Shown one piece after another: positions 48,464 through 57,828 of a DNA stretch of 64,000 nt. Origin of the DNA: Candidatus Poribacteria bacterium (GTDB lineage Bacteria; Poribacteria; WGA-4E; WGA-3G); assembly GCA_965242965.1 (NCBI GenBank), contig OZ251518.1:2784001-2848000 (forward strand), in the 5' to 3' direction. The notes below the pieces were generated by a model. The model was not told the DNA's origin, made no database searches, and saw nothing but the letters and a program-made list of their open reading frames with translations. A program made the position numbers and the translations under genes. Numbering within the stretch: the first letter of the stretch is position 1; the number at the start of each line of letters is the position of its first letter.

Positions 48464-49150
48464 ATGAAAACAGTCATTGTCACTTTCGGCGTTTTAATCG
48501 TTTTGGCCACGGTCTGGACGCTGTTCCTTGAGCATGAGAAAAGACGCTTTGTGGAGAGCCTCCCGAAACCGCCACCCACCGTTACGCAACCTGTTAATAC
48601 CGCAGACATGTCCACAGCGTCTGAAACAGGCGAATCCGCTGACGCAGCAGGCTCCCTGCCGGATGCATCGGCGGTTGTTGAGGCGGCACCGGCGGAAGTA
48701 GAGCACGCGCCACTGCATCCGCATCCGCATGCAGACAGTCTAGTCCTGTCGGAAGAAGCAGAAGTCGCTTTTGAAGAACTTCCGGCTGCAGATGAGACAC
48801 CATCTGACTCTGACACCAAAGATTCCTTCCCGGAACCCGCAGCGGCTAGCCAACTTCACTTCTCAAAAATGTCTCCAAACCAACAAGCCGATTTTCTCCG
48901 TGATTCATGGATAGAAATGTTTGGTGACATTCCAGAAGTCCATACCGCTGCTGAATACATGCGAAAAGTCCTACTCAAGGAACGGATGACGGTTGATGAA
49001 GTGATAGCGGGCTTAGAAGCCTCACACCATCTTTTCCCAGGAAGCGGCTTCAATATGCGGCTTAAGCATTATAGAAGCATGAAAGAAATGGGGATTCCTC
49101 TTTTCCATCCAGAAGATTTGGAAAATCCATCAGGAGTTAATGAAAGATGA
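48464..49150 (+). CDS. Hypothetical N-terminally anchored protein
   Basis: AAGGAG RBS, TM helix, A/E/P-rich linker, C-terminal FGDIPEVH domain. Confidence 0.7.
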   Translation: MKTVIVTFGVLIVLATVWTLFLEHEKRRFVESLPKPPPTVTQPVNTADMSTASETGESADAAGSLPDASAVVEAAPAEVEHAPLHPHPHADSLVLSEEAEVAFEELPAADETPSDSDTKDSFPEPAAASQLHFSKMSPNQQADFLRDSWIEMFGDIPEVHTAAEYMRKVLLKERMTVDEVIAGLEASHHLFPGSGFNMRLKHYRSMKEMGIPLFHPEDLENPSGVNER

Positions 49151-49610
49151 GGGTATTCATAACATTTATCCCCCTTGGCGGGGCGGGCGAATACCAAAAG
49201 GCATCGGGCCCACCTCTGTAGTTCGGGAGCACCCGATCCCGAACGGATCAGGAGCAGGCGAGCACAAACTACAGAGGGGAAACACACATCATGACGATGG
49301 AGATCGCGGGGGACAGGCCCCCGCGCTGCGAAAAAAACGCCATCCCCGCAACGTAGGGCGAGGGCCTGTCCCTCGCCATGCGTTTGGCTGCCAGAGCTCA
49401 TCACCTCTGTAGGTCAGGATCGTCTGATCCTGACCCGTTTGTGATCAGGCGATCACAAACTACAGAAGGGAAACACACATCATGACGATGGAGATCGCGG
49501 GGGACAGGCCCCCGCGCTACGATAAAAACGCCACCCCCCTCACCGTAGCGCGAGGGCCCTCGGATGCCACACGCGCATCCGAGCGGGTTCCCCGCGCCAT
49601 CGCTCGCGTA
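49149..49610. repeat. REP-like palindrome cluster
   Basis: TGAGGGTATTCATAA left end; duplicated ACAAACTACAGA...CATCATGACGATGGAGATCGCGGGGGACAGGCCCCCGCG block. Confidence 0.85.
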
Positions 49611-49628
49611 AATTGAATCGTTCCTCTC

Positions 49629-49657
49629 TTGACATCTCCTCCTCAAAATGCTAAAAT
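49629..49657 (+). promoter_or_regulatory. Sigma70-like promoter
   Basis: TTGACA-17-TAAAAT with TGn; GAGGAGG RBS. Confidence 0.65.
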
Positions 49658-49684
49658 AATTGTCAAACAGAGGAGGAAGACAAC

Positions 49685-51403
49685 ATGAAATTGGCACACG
49701 CACTACTGATTTTTATTTTCGCAATTGGAAACTATGCTGCCGCTGAAAATGGCACGCCGCCGTGGAGAGCGGTGGGAAGATACACGCATCCGCCTATCCG
49801 AGAGAGCTCCGGCATCGTCAAAAGCCGGCAGTTTGATGATGTCTATTGGACGCTCAACGACTCTGGCAACCCCGCGACACTTTACGCAACAAAGCGCACA
49901 GGTGAACTCATCGGGGAAGTCGCCGTGAAAGGCGCAGGGAACATCGACTGGGAAGCACTCGGCATTGACGATAAAAACCAACTCTGGATCGGCGAGATTG
50001 GGAATAACAGTCGAATGCGCATCGATCTGAAGGTGGTTGTCGTACAAGAACCGAATCCGTTCACCGAAAACGAGGTGGAAGTCACGGCGAGTTATCCGTA
50101 TCGGTATCCGGAAGAAAACGTGGACGCGGAGGGACTGTTTATCGCCGATGGAATGCCTTACATCGTCTCAAAGGAACGCGAGCGCGCCGTGCTTTACCGG
50201 TTTCCAGAGCTGCAAGCGGACAAAAAGCAGGTTTTGGAACGCGTCGGCGAATTTGCAGGGGCAAAGTGGGTGACAGGCGCGGGGTTATCCGCAGATGGAA
50301 AGCGGCTCGCTGTTTGCACTTATGATAGGCTTTGGGTATATCACAGAAACCCGGCAACCAGTTTCACGCAATTTATTCAGGACGTCCCGTGGGAGTTGCC
50401 TCACAATTTTAGCGGTGAAGCGGTCTGCTTTGAAGGTTATGACTTAGTCTTAACGAACGAAGCGCGCGACATCTACGCATTGCCGCAACTTTGGTATGAG
50501 GCCGGTTGGGAGTTGCCGCCAAATGATACGGTGCCGGTGACAGGAGGCGAAAGCCTTCAGGTAGAAAGTTATAGAGACGCAGGCATCGCCATTGATGGAC
50601 AGCATGTCGTTTTGAAGTCTGCATCGACAGATACCTTAACGTTTTCAATTGAGGCACCGCACAAAAACGTTTATGAAATCAGCACGATTTTAACCCGAGG
50701 ACCGGAATATGGCACCGTTGCATTAACAGTCAACGGCACGGTTATCGGCGAACCTTACGATTGCTATCATCGCGCGCCTCTTGCAGGCACGTTCGTGACG
50801 TTCGGCACGGCGGTGTTGAACGCTGGCACAAATCACCTCACGTTAAACAGCGTTGGAAAGGCGACAGATAAAATCGGGGTTGATTCGTATTATATCCGTC
50901 ATGCCTCTCCTTTCGTAAAGCGTTATCTCGTCCTCGGTCCGTTTCCGAAGGCAGCTGTCAACAGCATCGCCGAACCGCTTCCACCGGAAAGCGAGGTAGG
51001 CGCGCTCTCAAAAGGCACCTACCAAGGCATCGATGGCAAAACGATTCACTGGCAAGCGGCGGAAGCAGAGGCAAGCGGCGTGCTGGATCTGCTCAAGCAC
51101 CTCGGTAACGAACTGATTGCGGTAGGGTATGCGCTGTGCTACGTCTACGCGCCGAAGGACATGGATACGGTGCTACTCCTCGGCAGCGATGACCAGGTTG
51201 CGGTGTGGTTAAATGGCACGGAGATCCATCGACTTGATGTCAATCGTCCCGCTGTTCCCGATGAAGACGCTGTCCCCTGCCAATTGAAAGCGGGTTGGAA
51301 CGAGGTTTTGTGCAAAATCGGGCAAAACGGTTGGGGATGGGAGTTGTATCTGCGGTGGACGGATGCAGAAAAGGTCCTTAAGTATGGGACATCTCCCCAG
51401 TAG
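49685..51403 (+). CDS. Secreted beta-propeller protein with C-terminal carbohydrate-binding-like jelly-roll domains
   Basis: Signal peptide; ESSG, NDSG, DWEA, IGNN, DAEG; C-terminal GSDDQVAVWLNG domain shared with the LRR proteins. Confidence 0.75.
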   Translation: MKLAHALLIFIFAIGNYAAAENGTPPWRAVGRYTHPPIRESSGIVKSRQFDDVYWTLNDSGNPATLYATKRTGELIGEVAVKGAGNIDWEALGIDDKNQLWIGEIGNNSRMRIDLKVVVVQEPNPFTENEVEVTASYPYRYPEENVDAEGLFIADGMPYIVSKERERAVLYRFPELQADKKQVLERVGEFAGAKWVTGAGLSADGKRLAVCTYDRLWVYHRNPATSFTQFIQDVPWELPHNFSGEAVCFEGYDLVLTNEARDIYALPQLWYEAGWELPPNDTVPVTGGESLQVESYRDAGIAIDGQHVVLKSASTDTLTFSIEAPHKNVYEISTILTRGPEYGTVALTVNGTVIGEPYDCYHRAPLAGTFVTFGTAVLNAGTNHLTLNSVGKATDKIGVDSYYIRHASPFVKRYLVLGPFPKAAVNSIAEPLPPESEVGALSKGTYQGIDGKTIHWQAAEAEASGVLDLLKHLGNELIAVGYALCYVYAPKDMDTVLLLGSDDQVAVWLNGTEIHRLDVNRPAVPDEDAVPCQLKAGWNEVLCKIGQNGWGWELYLRWTDAEKVLKYGTSPQ

Positions 51404-51690
51404 GCGAGACCTCGGGGCTCAATGCACGTTATATGCGGTAAAAAAACGCCGCTCCTTCACCGTAGGGCGAGGGCCTGTCCCTCGCCATGCTGCGATCGCG
51501 GGGGAAACCCGCTCGGATGCGCGTATGGCATCCGAGGGCCCCCGCGCTACGGGAAAAACGCCACCCCCTCACCGTAGGGCGAGGGCCTGTCCCTCGCCAT
51601 GCGTTTTGGTGTCAGACTGCATCACCCCTGTAGGGCAGGATCGCCTGATCCTGACCCGTTCGGGAGCGGGCGCTCCCGAACTACAGTGGT
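51398..51690. repeat. REP-like palindrome cluster
   Basis: GTAG hairpins; the two ends supply the TAG stops of the flanking convergent genes. Confidence 0.85.
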
Positions 51691-52466
51691 GAATCGGGCA
51701 CCGGTGCATACACATCCAACAGCCTTCTCAATTCCTCCGCCTTTCCCAAAATCTCACGGCTTTCAAAATGCTGGAGCTCAAACAGGCGCGGCAACTGCTG
51801 ATAGAGCTCCGGCAAACCTAAAATCTCCACAATCTGCTCTCGCACCCATTTGTCGTAGGCGATAGGATAGGTGCGCCGGGCAATGAAGAGTGCCTGCAAA
51901 AATTCACGGAAGGCATCGTAGAATCGGGTGAAGCACTGAAAATGGAGCCCCCGCGGCACGTAAAGCGGAATGTGCTCAAGGTTGTTGAGGCAGTAGTTGC
52001 GTGCCATGGAGAGTCGTTGTTGGCGCAGTTGTTCATCGTAATAGGGCAGCCACTTCTCTCGGAGCGCGTCAAAATAGTCGCCGTTTTGATGCAGGACAAC
52101 GCTGTAAACGAGGTAATTCCCGATGACGAGTTCAAATTCATCGGGCCCGCCTGTCCATCCACGCGGCGTTGGTGCGAAGTGTCCATCGCTGAATTCTAAA
52201 TCGACATGCGCGTATTTTCCGACAGCGGCGAGTTTTTGAAAGACAGGCGCGGTCGCGTAGAATTCTTCCCACGCCTTCTCAAGGTTCGCCGTTTCGGTTT
52301 GCCCTAGCACCAGCATATCAAGGCAGCTGTCGCGGCTCGCCTTGCCGCGGGCACAGGAACAGGTGAGGCAGATGGTGTCAACTTCGGGGAGCGGCGCGAA
52401 GAAGTCAACGATGGCTTCAGCGGCGTTTTGATGTTCAATTGTTGGGTAGTTTGGTTGCAAATTCAT
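51681..52466 (-). CDS. Nucleotidyltransferase-domain protein (pol beta-like fold)
   Basis: TCSCARG...DSCLDM as a variant GS..RG..DxD; helical C-terminus with YDKW. Confidence 0.65.
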   Translation of the reverse strand: MNLQPNYPTIEHQNAAEAIVDFFAPLPEVDTICLTCSCARGKASRDSCLDMLVLGQTETANLEKAWEEFYATAPVFQKLAAVGKYAHVDLEFSDGHFAPTPRGWTGGPDEFELVIGNYLVYSVVLHQNGDYFDALREKWLPYYDEQLRQQRLSMARNYCLNNLEHIPLYVPRGLHFQCFTRFYDAFREFLQALFIARRTYPIAYDKWVREQIVEILGLPELYQQLPRLFELQHFESREILGKAEELRRLLDVYAPVPDSPL

Positions 52467-52497
52467 ATTCCCGACATGTAGCGCGGATGCCCGACGC

Positions 52498-52893
52498 GGT
52501 AGGAGAGACCTCCCGGTCTCGATGCACGTTATATGAGGGATACCGCGTTGCGGTGAAAAAAACGCCTCTCCTTCACGTAGGGCGAGGGCCTGTCCCTCGC
52601 CATGCAACGATCGCGGGGGACAGGCCCCCGCGCTACGGAAAAAAAACAGTCCCCTTCACCGTAGGGCGAGGGCCTGTCCCTCGCCATCCGTTTTGCTGTC
52701 AGACCGCGTCACCTCTGTAGGTCAAGATCGCCTGATCTTGACCCGTTCGGGAGCGGGCGCTCCCGAACTACAGAGGTGGGCCCGATGCCTTCCGGTAGGG
52801 GAGACATCGAGACCAGGAGGTCTCTCCTACGGGGGAATCGAGACCAGGAGGTCTCTCCTACCGGGAGGTTCCATCAAGATATGAAACACCCCC
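52498..52893. repeat. REP-like palindrome cluster
   Basis: Multiple hairpins; right end ATGAAACACCCCCA. Confidence 0.85.
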
Positions 52894-52901
52894 AGTTAAG
52901 G

Positions 52902-55775
52902 CTAATAACTATTCGTGTGTTCGTGAATCGGTTGACGTTCGCGGTTGGCGTTGGCATCGGCGCGGCGCGGGGTGCCGGTAATCGCATCGACAGATTCATC
53001 CGCCTTGAACCGCAGGTACAATTTCTGTGACTTCGCCGCCATCGACGGATTCTTCAACGCGCGATAACACCGCATCATGTTGTAATGCGCATCCAAATCT
53101 TCCGCATCGACTTCAAGCGTTTTCTGAAACGCCGCTAAGGCGGTTTCATAGTCGCGTTTGAGGAAATGCATCCGTCCTAATTGATTCCGAACACGGGTAT
53201 CGCGTGGGAATTGTGCGGCAGCGCGTTGCAGATGTTCAATCGCCGTGTCGTAGTTCCCGTAAGTTTCTTGGACAAGCGCGTAAAAGTAGTGAACCTTCGC
53301 GCGGTGCGGGTTTTCTGGTGGCAGCGTCTGCTGAATTTCAAACGCTTTGTCAAGCATCGCTTCGGCACCTCGCATGTCGCCTTCCTTAATGCGGCAGCGC
53401 GCCACGTTCACCCATCCATCAAGGTATGTCGGTTCTATCTGGGTGACTTTCAGGAAGGCGGTTTCCGCGGCTTTCAGATCGCCTTGGAGGAGTAAACCGA
53501 TGCCGTAGTCGTTCCACCTTTCACGGACATTTTCAACCGAAGAATCGAGACCGGAAGAATCGAGACCCGAGGTCTCGCCTACTGGGATGTCGGAGCCCGA
53601 GGTCTCTCCTACCGGGACATCGGGAACAGAGGGGCCGCCTACTGCGAGCGTCGCTGTGGCGGATGCCATGACGACAATCGGCAGATTCGGAATCGCCTTG
53701 ATTTTGCCGGCGACATCCGAGGTATCGCCTGTCCATACCCACCTGCCATCGTCATACCCTTTATCCACCTGAAAATCGGTATCCTCCGGATCGCGCACGC
53801 CAGCATAAGCCCACTGCGTATGCCACCAGTTGAATTTGCGATAGTTCAACTTCGCGGTGAGGGTGAGCGTATCGCCGCAGTCGGGTGGGATTTCTAGCCG
53901 ATAACGGACAGTATCGGCGGCACCCGGCGGAATGGTGTGGCTATAAAGCACTGTCCGCATTGCCCATGCATTCCGTTTGTTAATGCGGTTTCCGTGCGCG
54001 TCAAGCATATAACTATGATAGAAATGCGCGCCTGCATCGACAGGGCCGTCTCCATCAGGCGCGGCGATCTGTCCATTCCAGAAAATCACCTTGCCGTTTT
54101 CATCGGTGGCTTTCACCTCCAGCCAAATGTCAAAAGCGTCAATTGTGCCAGCCGGGAAGGGGTGCCCGACATTTCGGGTGCGAACGACGACATCGACGCG
54201 CGGGTTTTCGCCGCGCGCGATTTTTGTTGTTCGCGAGGCGTTCGGTAAGGGTTGTCCGGACAATGCCGTTCTTCTACGTAATCCGTCATTGACGTTGTCA
54301 ATGCCTACGTTTCCTGGGTTATTTTTGTTCGTGCTGCCTACAGGAGAAAGCGAAATCGGCATTCCATCAACGAACAAATCCAAGGTGACTACATCATCTT
54401 GCAAAAATTCCGTTACGATTCTGAGCTGTTCTTCGTGCTGATTGACGAAAGGGAGCGCGGTGTTCGCCGCCGGGAAACGGTGGCTATGCACCTTTCCATC
54501 AATATTCGCCGCATCCGTGGACGCAACCAACGGCATGTGGCAATCCACGCACTTCTTCGCCGTTTCGGGATAGTAGAAAGACAGCGCGCCTTGATGAGAA
54601 ACACCGCTCTTCTGCCAGCCATCGTAATCGTTAAAGCCGCGCACCCATCGGAAATTGTTCACGGGTTCATCGAGGTGCGCCTTGTGACAAGTCGAACAGA
54701 ATTCCGCCGTGTTTTCGCGATGAAACGGCTTGAGGAAACTTTTCTTGTGCGGCTCCGGATCCAGGCGAATGAGGTAGTTATGCAGATTGCGCACAATGGG
54801 ATTTTCGCTGGCGGCGATGTCGTGGAGCGGCGGATACTTGATGATATACCCGCTGTTGCCCATCGTATCTTTGACCTTTTCGATGGAGTGGCATGCCGTG
54901 CAGGCGAGCCCGGCTTGCGCTGCAGGCGTATGGAGGTTCTCCCGAATGGGTAAATCCATGACACCGTTGAGTAAGATACCCGGGTCGTGGCATCCGCCGC
55001 ACCATTTGGAGGGCTGAATGCCGTTCACTTCCTGCATATAGATAATCGATTTGCGATACCACTGATTATTGAAGGACGAGAAGTGATGCGCCGATTCGTT
55101 CCACTGCTCGTAAATATCGGGGTGGCAGCCTTTTGCAGCGCAAGTCTCCGATGTGAGGAAGAAATCGGTGGGGATGAGATCGCCTGTCGCGGTTTCAACG
55201 GATGCAGGGAAAAAGTGCCCGGTTGTGCCGCCGCCTTCCTCATACATGCTCGTCGGCGGAAGCGCGGGGTTTTTGACGAGATAGTCCTCGTTGGGCAGAT
55301 AGTGTTGCGCTACTTTCGCGCCTAGCGGAAAGAGGACAAAAACGCTGAGTAAGGCTAGCATTGCGTGTTTGAAACGCGCGATTGTTGTCCTTTTGACGGG
55401 AGAAGACTGCCTTCCCGGTAGGAGAGAACCCGGCTCTCGAAAAATCAGATGGATGGCAAACAGCAGCGCGCCTACCGTTACGGTGACGATATGAAAAATC
55501 AGCAGCCACCGATAAGGGCGCGTCGCGCCGACTATCATGAGAAACCCACCGCTCAGGATGCCCAAGATTAAACCGACGATGCCGATTTGCCCAAACCCCG
55601 GGATGCGCATGAAATGCCGATAGACATAGATGCCGAACGGAATAATGAGCAGTATCCCAAGCCCGATGTGCAACAGCACGTTAGCGATATAAAAGAGCGT
55701 CGGTTCGCCGAAACTGAACAGGTACGCGCTGTTGAGTAGTAGAATGAGAAAGGTGTAGAAAGAAAGTTTTCGCAT
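52902..55775 (-). CDS. Membrane-anchored multiheme c-type cytochrome with C-terminal TPRs
   Basis: About five N-terminal TM helices; CAAKGCH, CGGCH, CTACH, CSTCH, CVDCH; TPRs (WNDYGIGLL..., RNQLGRMHF..., AHYNMMRCY); start at MRKLSF with AAGGA RBS. Confidence 0.88.
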   Translation of the reverse strand: MRKLSFYTFLILLLNSAYLFSFGEPTLFYIANVLLHIGLGILLIIPFGIYVYRHFMRIPGFGQIGIVGLILGILSGGFLMIVGATRPYRWLLIFHIVTVTVGALLFAIHLIFREPGSLLPGRQSSPVKRTTIARFKHAMLALLSVFVLFPLGAKVAQHYLPNEDYLVKNPALPPTSMYEEGGGTTGHFFPASVETATGDLIPTDFFLTSETCAAKGCHPDIYEQWNESAHHFSSFNNQWYRKSIIYMQEVNGIQPSKWCGGCHDPGILLNGVMDLPIRENLHTPAAQAGLACTACHSIEKVKDTMGNSGYIIKYPPLHDIAASENPIVRNLHNYLIRLDPEPHKKSFLKPFHRENTAEFCSTCHKAHLDEPVNNFRWVRGFNDYDGWQKSGVSHQGALSFYYPETAKKCVDCHMPLVASTDAANIDGKVHSHRFPAANTALPFVNQHEEQLRIVTEFLQDDVVTLDLFVDGMPISLSPVGSTNKNNPGNVGIDNVNDGLRRRTALSGQPLPNASRTTKIARGENPRVDVVVRTRNVGHPFPAGTIDAFDIWLEVKATDENGKVIFWNGQIAAPDGDGPVDAGAHFYHSYMLDAHGNRINKRNAWAMRTVLYSHTIPPGAADTVRYRLEIPPDCGDTLTLTAKLNYRKFNWWHTQWAYAGVRDPEDTDFQVDKGYDDGRWVWTGDTSDVAGKIKAIPNLPIVVMASATATLAVGGPSVPDVPVGETSGSDIPVGETSGLDSSGLDSSVENVRERWNDYGIGLLLQGDLKAAETAFLKVTQIEPTYLDGWVNVARCRIKEGDMRGAEAMLDKAFEIQQTLPPENPHRAKVHYFYALVQETYGNYDTAIEHLQRAAAQFPRDTRVRNQLGRMHFLKRDYETALAAFQKTLEVDAEDLDAHYNMMRCYRALKNPSMAAKSQKLYLRFKADESVDAITGTPRRADANANRERQPIHEHTNSY

Positions 55776-55782
55776 GTTTTCC

Positions 55783-55893
55783 TTAGTCGTCTTTGTTCGC
55801 TTGTCCAAACGCGCCAGCCACCCAAACCAGGTCTTGAATATTGACAACGCCATCTCGGTTCACATCGGTCTCCTCAGTTGCCTTCTTCCCCAT
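55783..55893 (-). pseudogene. 36-aa micro-ORF or remnant holding a single dockerin/EF-hand-like repeat
   Basis: MGKKATEETDVNRDGVVNIQDLVWVAGAFGQANKDD*. Confidence 0.55.
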
Positions 55894-55997
55894 TTGCGAA
55901 GAAACCGAGACAAGATCGAGGCGGTGGTGATAAAGCCTTGGGCAGGCTGGTTGGCACGGTAGAGGATAACACTGCCTACAATGACGAAGAAGATGCT

Positions 55998-56340
55998 TGA
56001 GGGTGTTTCATAAATCGTTGTTGTCAAAATGGTTTCGTGAAGGTATTAGCCCAGCAAACTGGGTTAAACACCTGGTCCCCCGAACGATTCCGTTTTCCCG
56101 GTAGGAGGGACATCCTTGTCCCGATACGGTAGGCATTGAGACCGGGAGGTCTCTCCTACGGGAATGTATGGAGACTCAGCTCACCTATCGACAATTCCTT
56201 TTTTTCCCTATCGCGGGGGCTGTCACCGCGACGTTGAGCGATTTATGAAACACCCTCATATTAACGAAGGAAAAAGGGACCTGGGTGTCAACGAAATCCC
56301 TCATCCTGGAAATCTTGGACATCTTGGAAATCCTGCTCAA
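55998..56340. repeat. Composite element with GAGGGTGTTTCATAA inverted termini plus an adjacent 9-bp-unit array
   Basis: TGAGGGTGTTTCATAAATCG at 55998, CGATTTATGAAACACCCTCA at ~56239-56258; CCTCATCCTGGAAATCTTGGACATCTTGGAAATCCTGCTC at ~56299. Confidence 0.85.
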
Positions 56341-57787
56341 AAATACGTCTGTTCGCCGCCGTAATGCGGTTCCGCTTTCGGACGCTCATTTACCTGCCAC
56401 GGTAAATTGACAGGAACGGTTCTCCCCTCAAAATAGGCATCGGTTATCTGCCAAAATTGCAGTCGTGGATACCGCTTGCCGTTATGTTCAATTGCGCCCT
56501 CTGCTTCGGCGAGATTGCGCATGCCGCGCGTCACAGGATGCAAGGTGATGAAAATCCCGATGGCGGCGTTGGCATCCTGCATCGCTGTCCGGAAGGCGCG
56601 CACCTGATTTAGGTTTAGACTCCTCCCCGATTTCACCTCCGCAATCACGGGGAGTTTCGTTTCCGACCCGGGTTTTTCCCAAAGCACGACTTTCCCGGTG
56701 CCATCAAACCCGCCATCGTTGCTATTCGGCGTTGGTGTCAGTCCCAATCTCGTGACTGCCCAATTGGCGAAATCGTGCGGATTTTGTTCGGCGAGGAGAA
56801 GCGCGTCCTCAGAGGTTGTCGGATACCCCGCAATTTGGTAATCCACGTTCGGCTGGAGGTGATGGCGTTCGCGGAGCCGCCGCTCCATCGGTTCCAACGC
56901 GAGGACAGTCAGATCGATGCCTACCCAGTTGCGTTTCAGCCCGTGGGCGGCATCTAACGCCGTGCCACATCCACAAAACGGATCGAAGACGATGTCACCG
57001 GGTTTGGAGGACGCGCGGATAATCCGTTCCAACAACGCGAGGGGCTTTTGCGTCGGATAGCCGAGCCGCTCTTTGGAGACATTAATCAGCGGTTTGATGT
57101 CCTCCCATACATCGCGGACAAAGACATCGGCATAGTAACGTCCCTGCTCATCTTGGTTCGCCGTGAAGAACGGCTTATCGTAGTAAACGCGCTCTTGCAA
57201 CGGCGTGTGTTGATAAGCCTCCGATTTGACATAGAATAGCAGTGTATCATGTTTTCGGGGCCAGTGCCTTTTGCTCACACCGCCGGTCCGATATCCCCAC
57301 ACGATTTCGTTGCGGAAATGCTGCGCGCCAAAAATCGCATCCAGCATGCATTTCAGATAGTGACTGGCGTGCGCATCACAGTGCAAATAGATGCTTCCCT
57401 CCGGCCTCAGCAGCCGCCAAATCTCTGCCAAACGGGGTGCCATGAAGGCGAGGTAGGCACGCATCGATTCCGCGTTTTTGCCCTTAAACCCCCCCCCTTC
57501 AAAATATTGTCAAAACCTATTAAACAGTCTGACAAATTGTCCATGGTTTCAACGAGTTCGGGATGCCGTTCATCGTAGTGAAGGACAGCGGCTTGGTTTT
57601 CGCGCGCCGCGTCGTCCCATCGCCAGATGTCATCAAACGCCTTGCGTTGCGCTTTGGAGCCGGCGAGGAAGATGTTGTAGTTGCGGCCGCTGTTAAACGG
57701 CGGATCGAGATAGCAGATATGGTAACTGCCGGCTTTCATCTCGCGCATGACGTTGAGGTTATCTCCGAAATAGAGTGCGTTTTTCAT
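56337..57787 (-). CDS. Beta-class N6A/N4C DNA methyltransferase fused to an Mrr-like endonuclease, split by a frameshift at a G9 tract (57489-57497)
   Basis: 5' ORF LYFGDNL...YLDPPFNS; 3' ORF YLHCD, RNEIVW, GYPTQKP, DPFCGCGT, DGGFDG...EVKSG; adding one G fuses them (LKGGGFKGKNAESMRAYL). Confidence 0.88.
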
Positions 57788-57828
57788 ATTTTTTTACTGA
57801 CGCAAGGCGTTCGATTCTGGAGCGGACT

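Noticed and set aside
52467-52607. N-terminal extensions in the ORF track (also 28477-28617, 22006-22161 and 55776-55853)
   Set aside because: They run through repeats or neighbouring genes; downstream ATGs fit the RBS or domain starts better
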